The notes below the pieces were generated by a model. It worked only from the letters and a program-made list of their open reading frames with translations. It searched no databases and was not told the origin of the DNA. From the human T2T-CHM13v2.0 reference genome, Homo sapiens, in assembly GCF_009914755.1 (NCBI RefSeq), contig NC_060929.1: DNA of 64,000 nt; one strand, given 5' to 3'. The translations under genes and the position numbers were made by a program. Below, piece after piece: positions 1 through 14,990 of the stretch (the first letter of the stretch is position 1; every line of letters starts with the position of its first letter).

Positions 1-37
1 ATCACATCATTAGCAGCAGCAGTACCACTAGCAGCAT

Positions 38-335
38 AACAACTGTCATTTATTTAGTAATAACCGTGTGTCAGACCCAAGGCTAAAGACTTTCATTTTA
101 TATCATTTAACAGTGACATGTCCTATGATAGGTAATATTATCCTCATTTCACAGATGGGAAAACTGAAGCTGAAAGTCTCAGTATTTTGCACTAGGTCAC
201 ACAGATAACAAGTGACAAGAGTGCAACCTCATGACACTATGCTTTGCAAATAAGGGCACTGAGGTGAAGAGAGACCAGAATCAATGTTCTGGACACAGTA
301 AGTGACAAATTTGAAATCAGGTCTGTCTGACTAGT
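38..335 (-). mobile_element. MIR SINE fragments (two pieces)
   Basis: MIR core attattatcctcatttcacagatgggaaaactgaagct...ggtcacacag, plus a second piece ending gaaatcaggtctgtctgact. Confidence 0.75.
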
Positions 336-1124
336 TAAAGAACATGTTCTTTCTGTTATATATTTTCCATGCAATTTTTTTTCCTCACACCTTCTGAGGT
401 TTAGGAAAAGGAAATAAAATTTGTGAATTAATGTGTTTTGAATTATTATGGAAGATTCCCATTATAGGAATAGGCATAATTCTATCTCCAAGTCCCCATT
501 TTTAGAAGAGACATCTCAGATATGTGCTGCTGGCTTGGCAGTGGTCTCAGGCATGTGTGGCCTGGTGATTTCTTTGCAGAACTGTCCACTTAAAAATCTC
601 TGTTGCAAACATGGGCATATGAGATAATGCAAAGGTACTCTTACTTCGGACAGAAGCAGCTAATCACAGCTTGTTCCAGAAATCAATGTTATTGACAGAT
701 TGAGAAATTGTGAAATGAGTTTTACTGGAAAGTGTTGCAAGATCTTTATTTGACCAACTCCTAAACTCACATTTGGCTGAGTCCTGGTGGCTCAGGGAAG
801 GAAGACAAAGAGAAAAGGGCAGACAACAGAAAGCGGCTTTTCTTTCACTGCTTTCAGCTGGAAACGTGTTAGTGCCCACGCCTGCGGTCTTGCAGGTTTG
901 CACTCTCTTCTTTCAATGACTTTCCTGTCAAAGCTGCTTTGTTTTCAACTTAACATAATGGAACGCCAACCTAATACTTTGCCAAGCTCTCATTGATCCT
1001 TAGTGTGGAATAAATGTGAATACTGCCTCATTAATCCTCTCTCTGGTCCTTGGGGAGAAGTGGCAAGCAATATCCCATCCATTTTGCAGTGGAAGAAAGA
1101 AAGGCAAAGTAAATTGCTCACTTT

Positions 1125-2030
1125 ACATCTGTTCCCCAGCCTTCTGGACATTTCCATCTGGATATCTTGCGGGCTTGTCAAACCCAACTTACTCCAAATT
1201 GAATGCATTCTATTCCTTCTTACAAAATATATTCCTTTCTGAGAATTGTGTCTTGGCTAATGGCACTGCCATCCACACAACTATCCTGGTAGAAGCCTCT
1301 GAGTCATCTTTGATTTCTCTCACTTTCCATATTCATTCAGTCAGGAAGTTTGTTTCCTTTTCCTCTGAAAGAGTACTCAAATCCATCCTTTGTCTCCACC
1401 TCTCCACACCATCTCTCTCGGTTCATTGTCTCATCAGCCCTCATCCAGATTAGTGGAAAAAGATTCTTACTTATATCTCCAATTCTGGTTCTGTAATTTG
1501 TCCTGTATATTGTCTTCAAATTAATCTTCCTATAAAACTGAGGTGCATTATTTCCTTCCCTGCTCAAAAAGCATTGATGTCCCCACAAGGCCAAAAAACT
1601 AGAGTCCTGATTCTTCTCAAAACAATGAGATCTTTTACAACTGGGCAGAATGCCCCTCTAAGAACTCTCTCCTGACTAGCCGCAAGGGCCAACTTGTTAT
1701 TTCCCAAGTGTTTGTCCAGTGTTCATGCAGGGCTTGCCTTTATTACAGCTTATTTGTTACACAAATTTCTAGTCATTCTTTAAGACCCAGTTCTTATGCC
1801 ACACCTTATTTGTTATCTTTCGGCTCATTTGTCTGCCTACTTTCTTAATTAATCATTCTTTTCGGCTTTTATAACAATTTGTTATCATTATCACAACCTG
1901 TTTTGTAGTTAGGTATCAATATTTCCCCCAAATAATTAATAAGTTCCTTAAGGAAAAATTCTGTATTTATCTATGAATTGTTAGCATGGTGCTGGGTACT
2001 TCTTAGATGCAAAATAAATGACATTAAGCA
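1125..2030 (+). mobile_element. L2 LINE, decayed 3' region
   Basis: ggacatttccatctggatatc...aatggcactgccatccac...gagtcatctttgatt...tccctgctcaaaa; L2 tail-like agcatggtgctgggtac...aataaatg. Confidence 0.7.
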
Positions 2031-2039
2031 ATTTATAGA

Positions 2040-2230
2040 TAATAGCTTTTTTTAAGGAATAAGTTTTATCACATTTAATTCCCACACTAACCCTGTAAGG
2101 CAAATAATTATTACTGATCCCTAATTTACAGGTGAACCACATTGAAGTCTAAGGAATTTTAAAAACATTTCTATGACCTAACATCAGAGCCAGGACTTAA
2201 ACCCAGAAACGCAGTCAGCTAGCTCTCTAA
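2040..2230 (-). mobile_element. MIR fragment
   Basis: catttaattcccacactaaccctgtaagg...ccctaatttacaggtga. Confidence 0.65.
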
Positions 2231-3364
2231 TTGTAAACCTTGAATCTAGTTCACTGTGTTAAACTGCACATAAACAGAAGGAAGTTTGGAAATTTGACCT
2301 CACACAATGCCTGATTTTGATAAAACAAACTTTTCTGGTTACTAGAACATGCTAAATGTTGTTCCCATTGAGGGATTATCAATGTTCAAAGGATAAGCCA
2401 CTATTAACGATTATTTTCTGCATCTGATGGTAAGAACACAAACTTGTCAGGAGCAAGGATTGTGTCATGTTCATATATGGAGCCAATGTAGCACCTATAA
2501 GGCCTTGAATGTAAACGATGTTTAGGAATTATTGATTGCATAATGGAATCTAGTCAGAGGAATTTTGGTATCTTTGGCCATTTTCTCTTCTAAGCCCCAA
2601 CCTTCACAATATGTTGCCAAGTTTTCATAGAAAAAAAAAATGTATACAACTTGGTTGATTTCTAAGATAAGCCCATCCTGTGACTGGACAAGAAGCATGG
2701 AAAGGCTTTTCCTTCCCCAGATTTTCTTCCCCACTGACTGAAAATTCTCTTGTTAAAGTCATTAGTTTGTAGCCGCAAACATGGACCTCTCTCCCAGGAG
2801 GTCTTGGAGCAGACATATTTGCATTGCCCACATTTGCTTCTTAGCCGTCTTATCAGTCTAAGTATCACTTGTTTTACCTACAGCTAGTCCAAGCTATTAT
2901 CCTTAATTATTTGTGCTGGATTGGCCAAGATTGCTTAGTGAAAAGACTGATTGCAGCCTCATTGGTTTTCAAATGCTTTGGCTTCTGAATAAAGGTAGGT
3001 AGAAGGACAGAGGAGAGGTTGGCAAGTTATAGCCCTACTTTGGTAGGGATGCTCAATGTGCACTCAAGCCAATGGATCCTATTAGGGTCTACCTTTCCAT
3101 TATGTTAATTCCTGACATACCTCCAACATCCAGTAGTGACCCTTACATTGTCTAGTATTCTCCATCCCTCACTCAATTCTTATGTTCCGTGTTACTCACT
3201 TCCCATGCCATCTACATGGAAATTCTGTCTATTAATTTAAGAATGTCCAGCTTTGATCCCATATATATGATGCATTCTATGATTCTACCCTATAAATTCT
3301 TACTGAAACTTGTAGTGATAATAATCGATACTTAAGCACCAGGCAGTTTAAGTTCTTTAAAGAA

Positions 3365-3881
3365 TGTTGTAGATTAATTGCAAAAACAGCTTCAATTCTT
3401 CAATATCCCCTACCCTCTCCAGGTATCCATACCTATTTATCCACCAAGGGGTGAAATTTATTTCTCTGTCTCTTGAATCTAGACTGAACTTGTATTTTAC
3501 TTTGGTCAGTAGAATGTGGTAAAGTTGATAACGTATCAGTTCTGAGCCTAGGCCTCAAGAGGCCTTGTGTATCTTCACTCTCTATCTTGAAACCCTTCCA
3601 TTATGGGATTAAGCTTTGACTACCTGCTGAAGAATGAAATCCATGTGGAGGAGAGTCCAGCTGTCCCTCTTAAGATCTTCCCAGGTTAGTTTATACCAGC
3701 TGTACCGAAACATGCAATAGAATTGCCTGTCTGATCCACAATTGACTGAAGATGCAAAAGTGAGCCCAGCTAAGACCAATGGAAACACCTAGATATCCCA
3801 TAGACTCAAACGATAAGATGCTCGTTTTTTTAAGCCACTGTATTTTGGATGGGGTGTTTCTAAGCAAGAGCTAACTCACAC
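3365..3881 (+). mobile_element. MLT1 (MLT1G/H-like) solo LTR, ERVL-MaLR
   Basis: TG...CA ends; tcttgaatctagactg, ttctgagcctaggcctcaagaggccttg, tttaagccactg..tttgg motifs. Confidence 0.8.
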
Positions 3882-3884
3882 AGT

Positions 3885-4080
3885 ATATTACTTAATTTAA
3901 GCCTCCTTGTACAATGATGTAAATACCATTAATATTCCTACTTACTGGCTGAGGAAATTTAGGGTTGCAAGATTAGGTTACTCATTTAAATTCTCACAGT
4001 GAGTAAGTGATAGGGGCAGGATTTGAGCCAAGATAGCCTTAGCTAGACTACAGAGTTTACATGCTTATATATTACGTTAC
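3885..4080 (-). mobile_element. MIR fragment
   Basis: gaggaaatttagggttg...gtaagtgataggggcaggatttgagccaag. Confidence 0.65.
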
Positions 4081-6324
4081 CCAGTTTCTCTTCAGGAGCA
4101 TGTAATTCACAACTTAATCCATGGGATCAATCATTAAATCTTTAGGGGAAATAATTTAGCTTATTCCCCTTAATTTCTCCATGAGGAGATGAAGACCCAG
4201 AGTTTTCTGTTTGGCCCAAGGTCACAAAGTTAAACCATAGTCTGGGTTTTTGGATTGTGTCTTAATACTCTTGATTGACTTATCTATCTTGGTCAAGAGC
4301 ATTCATTTTTCTGCTGGATGACTGCAAGCTTCTTGAGGTGTAATACTTTATGTCCATCGTGGTGCCTAGCACAGTGCTGAATACGCAGAAGGTTTAGAAC
4401 ATATTTATTAATTGACTGTTTGGCTGAATCTGTTTATTTCTGATGTCATGGTCACTTGGGCATCAGGCATAGTGGACATGGCCAGCAACACCACCACTGG
4501 GGAAGGCTGCCAGCCAGACTTTAGTGCCATTACGAGAACTGTCTGCTCAGGCCTACACCCAAATAGAAATTCTCATTCTCTGGAATTGCTGTATTTTTCT
4601 CCTAAAAGGCACAACATCTATTGTTTACTGAATTATCAGGAATGTTTCTGTTGATATACTTAATGAAGGAAAAATAAAACCCCACATTTGGGTTTGGGAG
4701 GATAGAACTTTTCCTTCTATGAGGAAAGACCTAAGTTCGAGACTTGACTTTCTCACAGTCTGTGCTAAGATTGTCCTTCAAGCACTGAAACAGATTTAAG
4801 TAAAAAATGATTTGAGTAAATACAAGTAGCATAAAATTCAACCTGGATTCTTAAAATTTGACTATTTTTGTCTGCACTCTCTGCGAGCCTGGGGATTCAG
4901 CTTTGTGATGGAATAAGTTAAACAGATGATATGAAGAGGAGACATGCTCTGGGGAAACAAGCCTTAAATATGCATTTCTTTTCTTTTTCTTCACCTTATC
5001 CTTTACAAAATAACAAAGCAAAGAAGATTAGAGCTTTTCTTTCTATTATACAACACTTCCTCCATGAAATCTCACAGAAAGCACTCCTAGTCACTCTACA
5101 GTATAACCAAATATTTTTAATATACTTAGGGAAAAAACCCAAACCTGCTTTTTTCACATTTGCTTCTTTCTTTTGATCTGCTTCTATTTGCTGCTGTACT
5201 GTATAATATGGATGACTTAATGGCCAAGTTTTAGAGATTAGAGAGTGGAATCTAGTCAGATGATAAGATGATAGTAGAGTCTGATTTAATTTTAGGCCAA
5301 AGACATGCAAATTTTATCTTGTTTTCTTATTTGTATTTAGGAAAGTTTTAGTAGTTTAAAATACCCTTAATAATCTGAAAATGGGAATTTTTTTTTAAAA
5401 AAAGAGATAGTGTTAAACATCCAAATTTTAAATTGTTAAGATTTCAGAATAGCATAGAAGAAAGTGCTGTAGTAAACAATAAGATGGGGATGGGTAATCT
5501 AATTCCTTTTATTAGAATTCACTACAGACCGCACTTTCTTAACAGCAATGTGTTTACTTTACTAAAATGGGCTCTTTCCGTGCCTTTTATTGCTGTCCTG
5601 CCAACGGGAATCACACCAAGGCTCTGATTAGAGATCTCATACTGGCTGACATAAATAAGTGAAACTGAACCTCATTAAAATTCTCCTTCTCATTAAAGAA
5701 GAAAGTGGTTCAAATGTCGTTCTACTGTCATTGTTTTGGGTAAACAAATATAAAGGTGCTATTCTAATGAGTCGGGAACATAGTTAAAATTTTAGAGTCA
5801 CACCAAATTCTGCAGCATCCTGGTTGGCTAGAAGAATGTCTGTGTCTCTGTGCATGTCTGTGTGTATGTCTTGTGTATGAATGTGTGGTGCTGAGAAGTC
5901 AACAAGGGAAGGAAAGAAAAAGACTTTTCTTCCTGCAATCTTTCTTTTTTTTTTTTCCCCACTGTTCCTAAGGTGATGATAAGTGGACAGAAGCTCTGGT
6001 GCTAGTAATTCACTGCAATCCTCCTGTACAGGGTTACCTAAAACTGTGTTTCACCTTTAGCTTCTCAGCTGTTGAGAAAAGGAATTGTTATTCTAAAAGA
6101 TTACACTTAGAAAAAGATGGTGACAAAGCTGTTAGGTATAAGTAATCATAATAAAAAAGTACAATTAGTCAAACCACATATAGGAATTTTACAAAAATTC
6201 CCCAGCTGTAAAACGTAAAATTTTAGAATCTTGTGGTGGGGAAATCAGAGCATAAATACCCTGTGTTTACTCGAGAAATCCATTCATTGACCACTGAAAA
6301 GTCTGTTGTATCCTCCTGTGGACA

Positions 6325-6631
6325 TGGGAGGGCCTCAAGTCAATACTAGCTGCTGGCCAGAGACTCAAGTTCCCTACCATATGGATCTCTTCATAGGGAA
6401 GCTCACATGGCAGCTTGCTTCCCCCAAACTGAGGGAAAGAGAAAAAAGAGAGAGAGAGCACGCGAGAGCACAAGCACAAGATGTTAGCCGGATTCTTTGT
6501 AACCTGATTTGAGAAGGGCCATCTCATGACCTTTGTTGTAGCCTATTCATTAAAAATGGGTCACTAGGTCTAGCCCGCACTCAAAAGGAGCAAATTTCAT
6601 AAGGGGGCCTCTGTGGAGGCTTTTTACCACA
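6325..6631 (-). mobile_element. MLT1 (F/G-like) LTR fragment
   Basis: ctcacatggcagcttgcttcccc...gggtcactaggtctagcccgcactcaa...taccaca. Confidence 0.7.
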
Positions 6632-6959
6632 AATTGTTTAATTTGTAAAATTGGAATTCAGCAGCTACTGGGCATTTGTCTAAAACTTTTACACATCTGT
6701 CTTAATAAAATATTGACATTTTAGTGCTCTTCCTTTATATGATACTACGTTTGTCCTTTCATTAACTATTTTGTTTTCTTAGATATTTAAGTCTTGATTC
6801 ATCAATATAGGAATGTTAATAAAAATTTTTACTATTACACAGGAATTATGCTTCTGTTGTTTTAAAAGCCAAGTTATTTATAGCCTGTAATAACTAATAA
6901 ATTACTCAGATTATAAAAAAGATGTAAATGGATCACTTAATTTTATAATGCAAATATAA

Positions 6960-8890
6960 TTTCAGTACCAATTCTTAATAAAGATAAGAAAATAAAACTA
7001 TAAACAAATTTAACATACACATACAGAAAAAATCCTGAATGGTAAATCAAATCCAGTAGTGTTAAAAGAGCAATGCATTAATTACTACAGATATATATAC
7101 ATTTTTTAACAATAGGAAATCTATCAACATAATTACATTGGTAATTGTAAAAAGAAAACCTTTATGTTCATACAAATATTTGAAGAAAGATTTCATAAAC
7201 TTCAAAAACATTTTTGATCTAACGTGAAATAAGAATAAGGGAAAATAAATAAAATACATGTTTTTGCCACATACTAAAAATAAATATTATATAAAATATT
7301 AAAGCAATTTTCACTAAAATAAAAAATAAGACATCTACCAGCAGCATTATTTAATGTTGTTTTGAAATCATAGTCAATGCAATAAGTCCCCACAATAACA
7401 TGCATTATAATGCTGAACAATTAAACTAATAATACCTTAGAAATATTTGACACTTTATTAAATTAGTGTAATTAATTATAGGCCAAGGAAAGTGGCTGAA
7501 TATAGGCTAAATACATGATAATCTATTGCTTTCTTTTAAATTTGCAAAAAACTCACATTTGTCATGAAGGAAAAACATATGAGAGAGAAATTGAAAAGGC
7601 AAATTTCTATTTAAAATACATAATAAAATATCATTCAAGGATGTAAAACATGATAAAAACCAAATTAAGTAATATGATATATATTTAAATGGGAAGACAT
7701 AATATAAAAATGTTAGTGCTTCCAAATTTACATCAATCTTAGTGCAATACCAGTCAGACTCAAAGTAGAGTTTAATTTTGGAACTGGGTAAATCTGTTTA
7801 AAAATTTTAAATTGAATAATAAATATCTAAGAATAACCAAGAATATTTTATAAACAGAATGACCAATGTGGGTTTGTCCTACCAGATGTTAAAATACATA
7901 GTCAAGTCACTGTAATAAAATATATGCTTTTGGTATTGGATTGGACACATAGACTGTTGGGGAAGAACAGAGCTTACAAATAAAGAATAGTTGGGAACTT
8001 AATATAAGACAATAGTATTCTTTCAATATATTATAATGTAATTATTTAGTAGATGATACTAACACATTTGATTTTCTATCCATAAGAAAAGAAATTTGAA
8101 TGACTGTTGCACATTATTTACAAAATACATATTTCTGACAGGTTAAATATCTAAATGTGAAAAAACTGAAAATAGAGGAGACTCTTTCTATAACTTTATG
8201 GCAGGAAAGATAAAAAAGCCATCAATCAGAGACAAAAAATTTTACAACATAAATATTTGTAGAAATTGTAGGGTGGAAACTACCATAAGAAAGTAAAAAT
8301 GCCAATGACAGAGAAGGAAAAATACTTGCAATTAGATGAAACAGGGTTACTATCACTAATATACAGGGGTTCTACAATTTGATAAGAAAAAGAGAACAAA
8401 TAGAATTAAAAATGGGCAAAAGCTTTTTATAGAAACTTTCAAATATCAAATAAACATTGAGAAGATGACCAAACTTATTAGAAATCAGCAAGTACAAATT
8501 AAAGCAGATATAAAGTGTTTTTTTTTGTTGTTTTTACCAACAACAGTGACAAAAACGGAAAACTATATTGTAATTTCCCAAACTGGTGATTGTATAGGAA
8601 AATTGTCTCAATTATACATTGCATGGAAAAACATGACTCTTTTGCAGATTGGTTTAGGATTATCTGTAATACAATAGATGTCTTTTGTGTATATATATAT
8701 ATGTATGTTATATATATATAAAACATATATATATACACACAATATCTATTTTCTATCTGCTTTTCTATCTATCCATCTATCTGTCATTATCTTTAGCTAC
8801 TAGAAGTAAATAGTACATAAATACTAGGCAGCTATTAATATGCAGTGACATATCTGTACATTTACATTGAAGAATGATCATGATATAATG
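6960..8890 (+). mobile_element. Old L1M (L1ME-like) ORF2/3' region, heavily decayed
   Basis: A-rich; aatccagtag, ggaaatctatcaacataatt, tcctaccagatgttaaaatacat, aaaaatgggcaaag in L1 ORF2 order. Confidence 0.7.
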
Positions 8891-9754
8891 TGAAGTGAGA
8901 GCTCCATGAATGCAGAGATCTTGTCTGTAGTGTACACAGTTATATCCTCACTGCTTGGAGTACATAATATGCCTAATTAATAATTGTTGAATGAACTTAT
9001 AAATGGATTTTGTAATTTTGTAAAAAAAAATGTTCAATGGGCATGGATAAAGCTGGAACGAATTTGTGTGTGTACGTGTGTGTATGCGTTATATATACAC
9101 CCATCAGCATGTTAACATTGATTAAATCAAGAGGGTGGTGTTGAAGAGGGTAAAGGGGAGGGAAGATTATTAAATTTTTCTTCATACATACATTCTCCCT
9201 ACATTTTCCTATGAGAGCATTTTAGCCTTGTAATTAGTAAACATAATAGAGGAATAATTTTAAAAATGTTTACCAATAAACATCGAGAGGAGAAAATGCT
9301 TAAGGTAGATTATAAAAATGTTGGTAGAGGATTTCAACTATGTAAGATAAAAATATAACTGGTTAAAAGAGAAACAACTAAAATATTGGCAATGGTTACT
9401 AAGAGGGTGCTTATGGATTTTATTTCATTATACTTTTCTGCATATTTAAATTTTTCTGCTGTCTTATTTTTAAATAAAATTGTTATAGACATAATTTCAC
9501 CTCCTTTGCCTGAGAAAACCACTTATTGTTAAGTGAGAGTATATTCTTCTTATGTGCATTAATATATTTTAACATATTTTAAACCAATACGTTTAAACAT
9601 ATAGTAACTTCGTGTGTGTGTCAAAGATATCATTTTACATACATCTTTCTGTAACTCGCTTTTATAATAGTAAAATAATATATTCTTTAAAATAGTATTC
9701 CATTTTATTACACATTTTTATCTCCTGTTAATACTCTTAGAATTACAATGCTTT

Positions 9755-10035
9755 GGCAGGGCGGGGTGGCTCACGCCTGTGAGGCAGGGGCGGGCAGATC
9801 ACGAGGTCAAGAGATTGAGACCATCCTGGCCAATATAGTAAAACCCCATCTCTCCTAAAAATACAAAAATTAGCTGGGCGTGGTGGCCCATGCCTGTCGT
9901 CCCAGCTACTCAGGAGGCTGAGGCAGGAGAATCACTTGAACACAGGAGGCAGAGGTTGCAGTGAGCCAAGATCAGGCCATTGCAGTCCAGTGTGGTGACA
10001 GAGTGAGACTCCGTCTCAAAAAAGAAAAAAAAAAA
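9755..10035 (+). mobile_element. AluSc-like with small left-arm deletion
   Basis: ggtcaagagattgagaccatcctggccaa diagnostic; aatcccagcactttgg missing; 16-bp TSD agaatt(a/c)caatgcttt at 9739-9754 and 10036-10051. Confidence 0.93.
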
Positions 10036-10654
10036 AGAATTCCAATGCTTTATTGATAATAATTGCTACCATTTGCTTAGGGATTACTAATGTGTCTATC
10101 ACTGGGCTAAATGCTATTTAATCATCATATAATCTAATATGAATCAGAAAATAATCTGATCAGTATTTTTTCTAATACCAAGTTTGAAGAAGAGTTGAGA
10201 TTCAATAAGAATTCAATACTCAAAGGAGGAAACAGTGAAAAAAAATAGGTTTGTCTCCTGATTACAAATATCTTCTAATTCTTAGCTTTGCCCTGAGAAG
10301 TTTCAAGCTATAGTAAGATTCTAGACTCAATTGGAATGCTTTGCTTCTTAATTTTCTTTCTTTATTGAAATTCTCTCTGTATTCCTGGCTATGGAATTTA
10401 CCATGCTATTTTATGCATGCTTATGTTGTCCTCAGAGCTGTTATCTAGTGATTATATACACATATAAACTTTTTCCTCAATAGACTAAGCAATTCATTAA
10501 AGATACAGCAAGTTTGCAGTAACTACTATTAACTGATTTGAACTGAAATGAATTCTAGTTGTTTACCCCTTCTGGGAAGGGCAGTCCTGTGAGATGAGAA
10601 CCCTGTGAATCTAAATAGGGTGCTTATTCTTGTGGACAATAAAAGAATCGAGAC

Positions 10655-11376
<722 letters not shown>

Positions 11377-11494
11377 TAGGTTTCATAGATGAAATGTACA
11401 ATCATACAAGTGTTAAATGAATGTTTTTATTGTTCAGTATTATGAGCACACCCACTATATTGCCTAGCTTCCACCTAAATACCTTCATGAGTCC

Positions 11495-12800
11495 AAGGGT
11501 AGCAAGGGTATTTCCAGTGCAGAGGCAATGGGCAGTGAGGCTTTTGGTTGTTACTCAGGGCTCCACCTCTGAGAAACATGGAGCCGCTCTTACGGGGGGT
11601 ATTAAACTGGTCCTCACAGACTCTCCCAAGCCTGGAGACAGCAAGGGCAAGGGCTGCAAGACAGCAAAGGTGGCAACCTGCCCCTCTCACTGGGGGCTCT
11701 GTCCCAGGGAGTTGCAGAGCTGCTACTGGCTTTATAGCCAGGCGGTGGTTGGCTGGAGGCCCAGGCCCAGAGGACCCAACCAGTGAGGAAATATGGGAGT
11801 GGGCCAACACATTACAGTCTGGCCACTTCTCTGTAGGACTGCTGTGGTATGCTGGGCGTCTGCTTCTGCTTCAGTCCCTAGTCACCCCCAAGGCTGTGAA
11901 ACAGCAAAGATGGCGGCCTACCCTTCTCTCTGGGAACCCCTTCCCAGGAAGGTACTGACCTGTTACCAGCCCAAACACACCTGTAGAAGGTGACTAGAGA
12001 TCCCAGTTGGAAGGTCCCAACTAGTGAGGAGGAATGGGATCAAGGACCTGCTTAAAATAGTAGTCTGGTCACTTTTTTGTAGGGCTGCTGTGCTGTGGGT
12101 CCACTCCAGCCCTCAGTCGCCTCAGAATCAGTCCCAAAGCCGGAAGGCAAGAGCAGCTAAGTCAGCAAACAGCAAAAGTGGCTGCCCACCCCTCCCTCTG
12201 GGAGCTCCATCTCAGATCGGTGTAAGGCTGGTAGCCATGGCTGGTAGAGTTCCAAGCCAGTGGATCTTATCCTGCCAGGTCTGTGAAAGTGAGGCCTGCA
12301 GCCTGTCGCTGCTCAGACCCCTGAATTCAGTCCTTTTCTCAAGGGTATATACAGGGGTCTAACTTCCCACTTTTCCAGAGTTGCAGCTGCTTTTGCCTGG
12401 AAGCCTGGTCATCTAAGGCTCCCAGGGCTCTGTGTGTGTCTGAGTGGCTGTTCTTCTGAGACTCCATGTAGCTCTGCATGTCAGACCGAAGGCCCAGGTG
12501 GAGTGGGTTCCCAAGGGGATCTCCTGATCCTAGGGTTGCAAAGATCTGTGAGAGAAGTGTGGGTTCACTCACTGCTTCCCTGGGTAGGGGAGTTTTCCCT
12601 GGTTCTGTGAGGTTAGCTCCTGGGACAGTCATCTTGCCTTGCTTTTCTCCATTCTCCATGGGTTGAGTTGTTTCCTTGATTAGTCCCAATGAGTGTACCT
12701 GGATGCTTCAATTGAAGGTCCTGTATTTACTAACCCCTTTCATTCTTCTCCGTGAGAGCGACATACACTAGCTACTTCTAGTTGGTCATCTTGGCCACCA
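11495..12800 (-). mobile_element. L1 5'UTR only (L1PA8-13/L1P3-like), no ORF1
   Basis: Reverse strand begins ggtggccaagatgaccaactagaagtagctag; three internal acagcaaa(g/a)..gg..ccc...ctgg monomers at ~11661, 11901, 12169. Confidence 0.8.
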
Positions 12801-14599
12801 CTGACAAATAGACTTTGAAGAAAATATTGAAAAGACTAGAGTTATTTGGCTCCAGACAAAGCAAGATTGAAGGGAGACAAAGACAGTCTTTAGATATTCA
12901 CAATCCCTTAGCCACGTCTCCCACAAAACACTAAAAAACAAATATTTTATAATTCATTTGGTAGGAAAAACCTGACCTAAACTAAGGTGGCACTATTTAT
13001 AGTCTCTATCCCACCTAATATAAATATTTATGTTTTATAGAAAAAAAAACTAGTGCATTTGATCCTGAAACATTGCTCCAGACCCTTTTGGAGACATTGA
13101 GTAATACAGAATATATGAACCATATTCCCTTTCCAGAGTTCGAAAGTTTGATAAAGTGTGAATTTTGAAACCCATTTGTCCCCAAGGATTGTAGACTGTA
13201 GTTGATTATTTCTATGTTTAGCTTTTGTGAGGATAATACCTTTTGCTAATGTGCCTTCTATTTCCATAAGTTTGAGATACATTGCTATTGCAAAATGGTA
13301 ATTTTTAAAAGCAAATATCAGTCAGAGATTCCTCTGGAAATAATTAGAAATAACTACCTGGATGGAGAAAGGACCATTTATTTCAGCTAATAAATTAAGA
13401 ACTAGGTGCAACAGGTAGGGTATAAGAAATAGAAGCTCAGTGGGATATTTCAAGAGCAGTGGTTCTAATCCAGTTTTGAATTATGGACCTTTTGGGAAAT
13501 CTGATGCAAATTAAAGTTGCAAATGAATACAAGATTATGCACATATTTTCATAGTGTTCAAGATTCCTTAAACTCATATGATTAATAATTTCTGCTCTGG
13601 AAACTGATTGAATGGGTATAGGGTCAACCAAGTGAATAGGTTCCTATAGTAAGACACAGGTCAGTACCTTAGAGGTTTTGATTTTAGGAGAAATGGGATA
13701 TAAACATCCCCTCTTTCCTCACATAGCTTAGAACAAAAGGAGAAAAAAGCAACAATAGCAGGCCTTCCCTTGAAGAGCACCACTTTCCCTGCTAAACTCA
13801 TTACATGGTGATTTTTCCAGGCAGAAAGACATGAGGCAGAGAATTTGGAAGGGCTAAGTTGAATTTCTTCCTTTAGCTCACCAACCCATGAAATCACATC
13901 TTCCTCCAATGGAAGAGATAAAGAGGGACAGGAGAGAGTCAGATTGTTCCCTCCTGGTCAGTAGTATACATATTGTTTCTGTCCCTATGGAATGTGAGGA
14001 ATAAAGAATAAGTGTTGACACTAACAAGACGCAGGGCTATTTTTGAGTTTCACCCCAATATTAGCCAACAACAGGCAGAAAAGCCAAACCTTTGTGAAAG
14101 ACAGAGTGGGCTACAGTATCTACACACTAAGCATTGCTAAATCTAGGTTGTACATTTTTCATGCAGGGTGGAGAAGAGAATGGTACACAGAAAAAGTGTC
14201 ATTCAGAAAACTGTGATTGGGAAAAAGGTATATTAGACTAAAAAGTTGGGGAGACAGATACTTGAGAGCTTAGTATCTCTTTCCCATGAGGATTGGCCCT
14301 TTCAGGACCATTAGAAGGAATTTCAGGAAAGGCCTCCTGACCTTCATTTTGCACAGAATGTATGAATGAAGAATTCATCATCACCCTTGAAATAACTACT
14401 CTCTTTTTACTTAGTCTCTGCTGGTCTAGGGAGCTTTCTCTCAGTTGTTAATCTTAATTTAGGGCCAAATTAGACGTTATGTTTTTTTGCACTGTCTTTA
14501 AAAAAACATTACATTCCTCTCCTTCTTTAACCTTATTCCTTACACCACCATACACAGATAACTAAGTTTAACTGCTTGGGTGTATTCTTTCTTAAATTT

Positions 14600-14990
14600 C
14601 TCCCTGTTCATATCATCATTAATAAACTTGAGTAAAAGGACTGTGTACCATTGCTTTAAAAAACCGGAATAACATACTTCTTTGCATCTTGCTTATATCA
14701 TTAAAAAATGTAGTAATCCCACTAAGTAACCTAGTACAGACCTAATATTCTTTTTCCAGCTTTTGCCACGTTCCATGGTAGAAATGTGACTACAATTTAT
14801 TTAATACTCTATTGGTGAGCATTCTCTTTATTTCCAGTAATTTTGCTCTATAAACAATTATTCTTTATCTGTATACATTCGTTAAAAAACTGGCATTTCT
14901 ATTTCTATAGATTTACAAAAGTTGCCCTGCTAAGTTCAAAGGATATATCTGTTTTTGTTAATATTTACCTATGTTTTGTTATACTTAAAA
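14600..14990 (-). mobile_element. L1ME-like 3' fragment
   Basis: caatttatttaatactctattggtgagcatt...tttccagtaattttgctctataaacaa. Confidence 0.6.

Noticed and set aside
2544-5260. Shared 15-mer tggaatctagtcaga at ~2544 and ~5246
   Set aside because: A few 15-mer matches are expected by chance in 64 kb, and this one does not extend.
11421-12689. Cluster of 110-136 aa ORFs
   Set aside because: Result of higher GC content in the L1 5'UTR; no recognisable protein.
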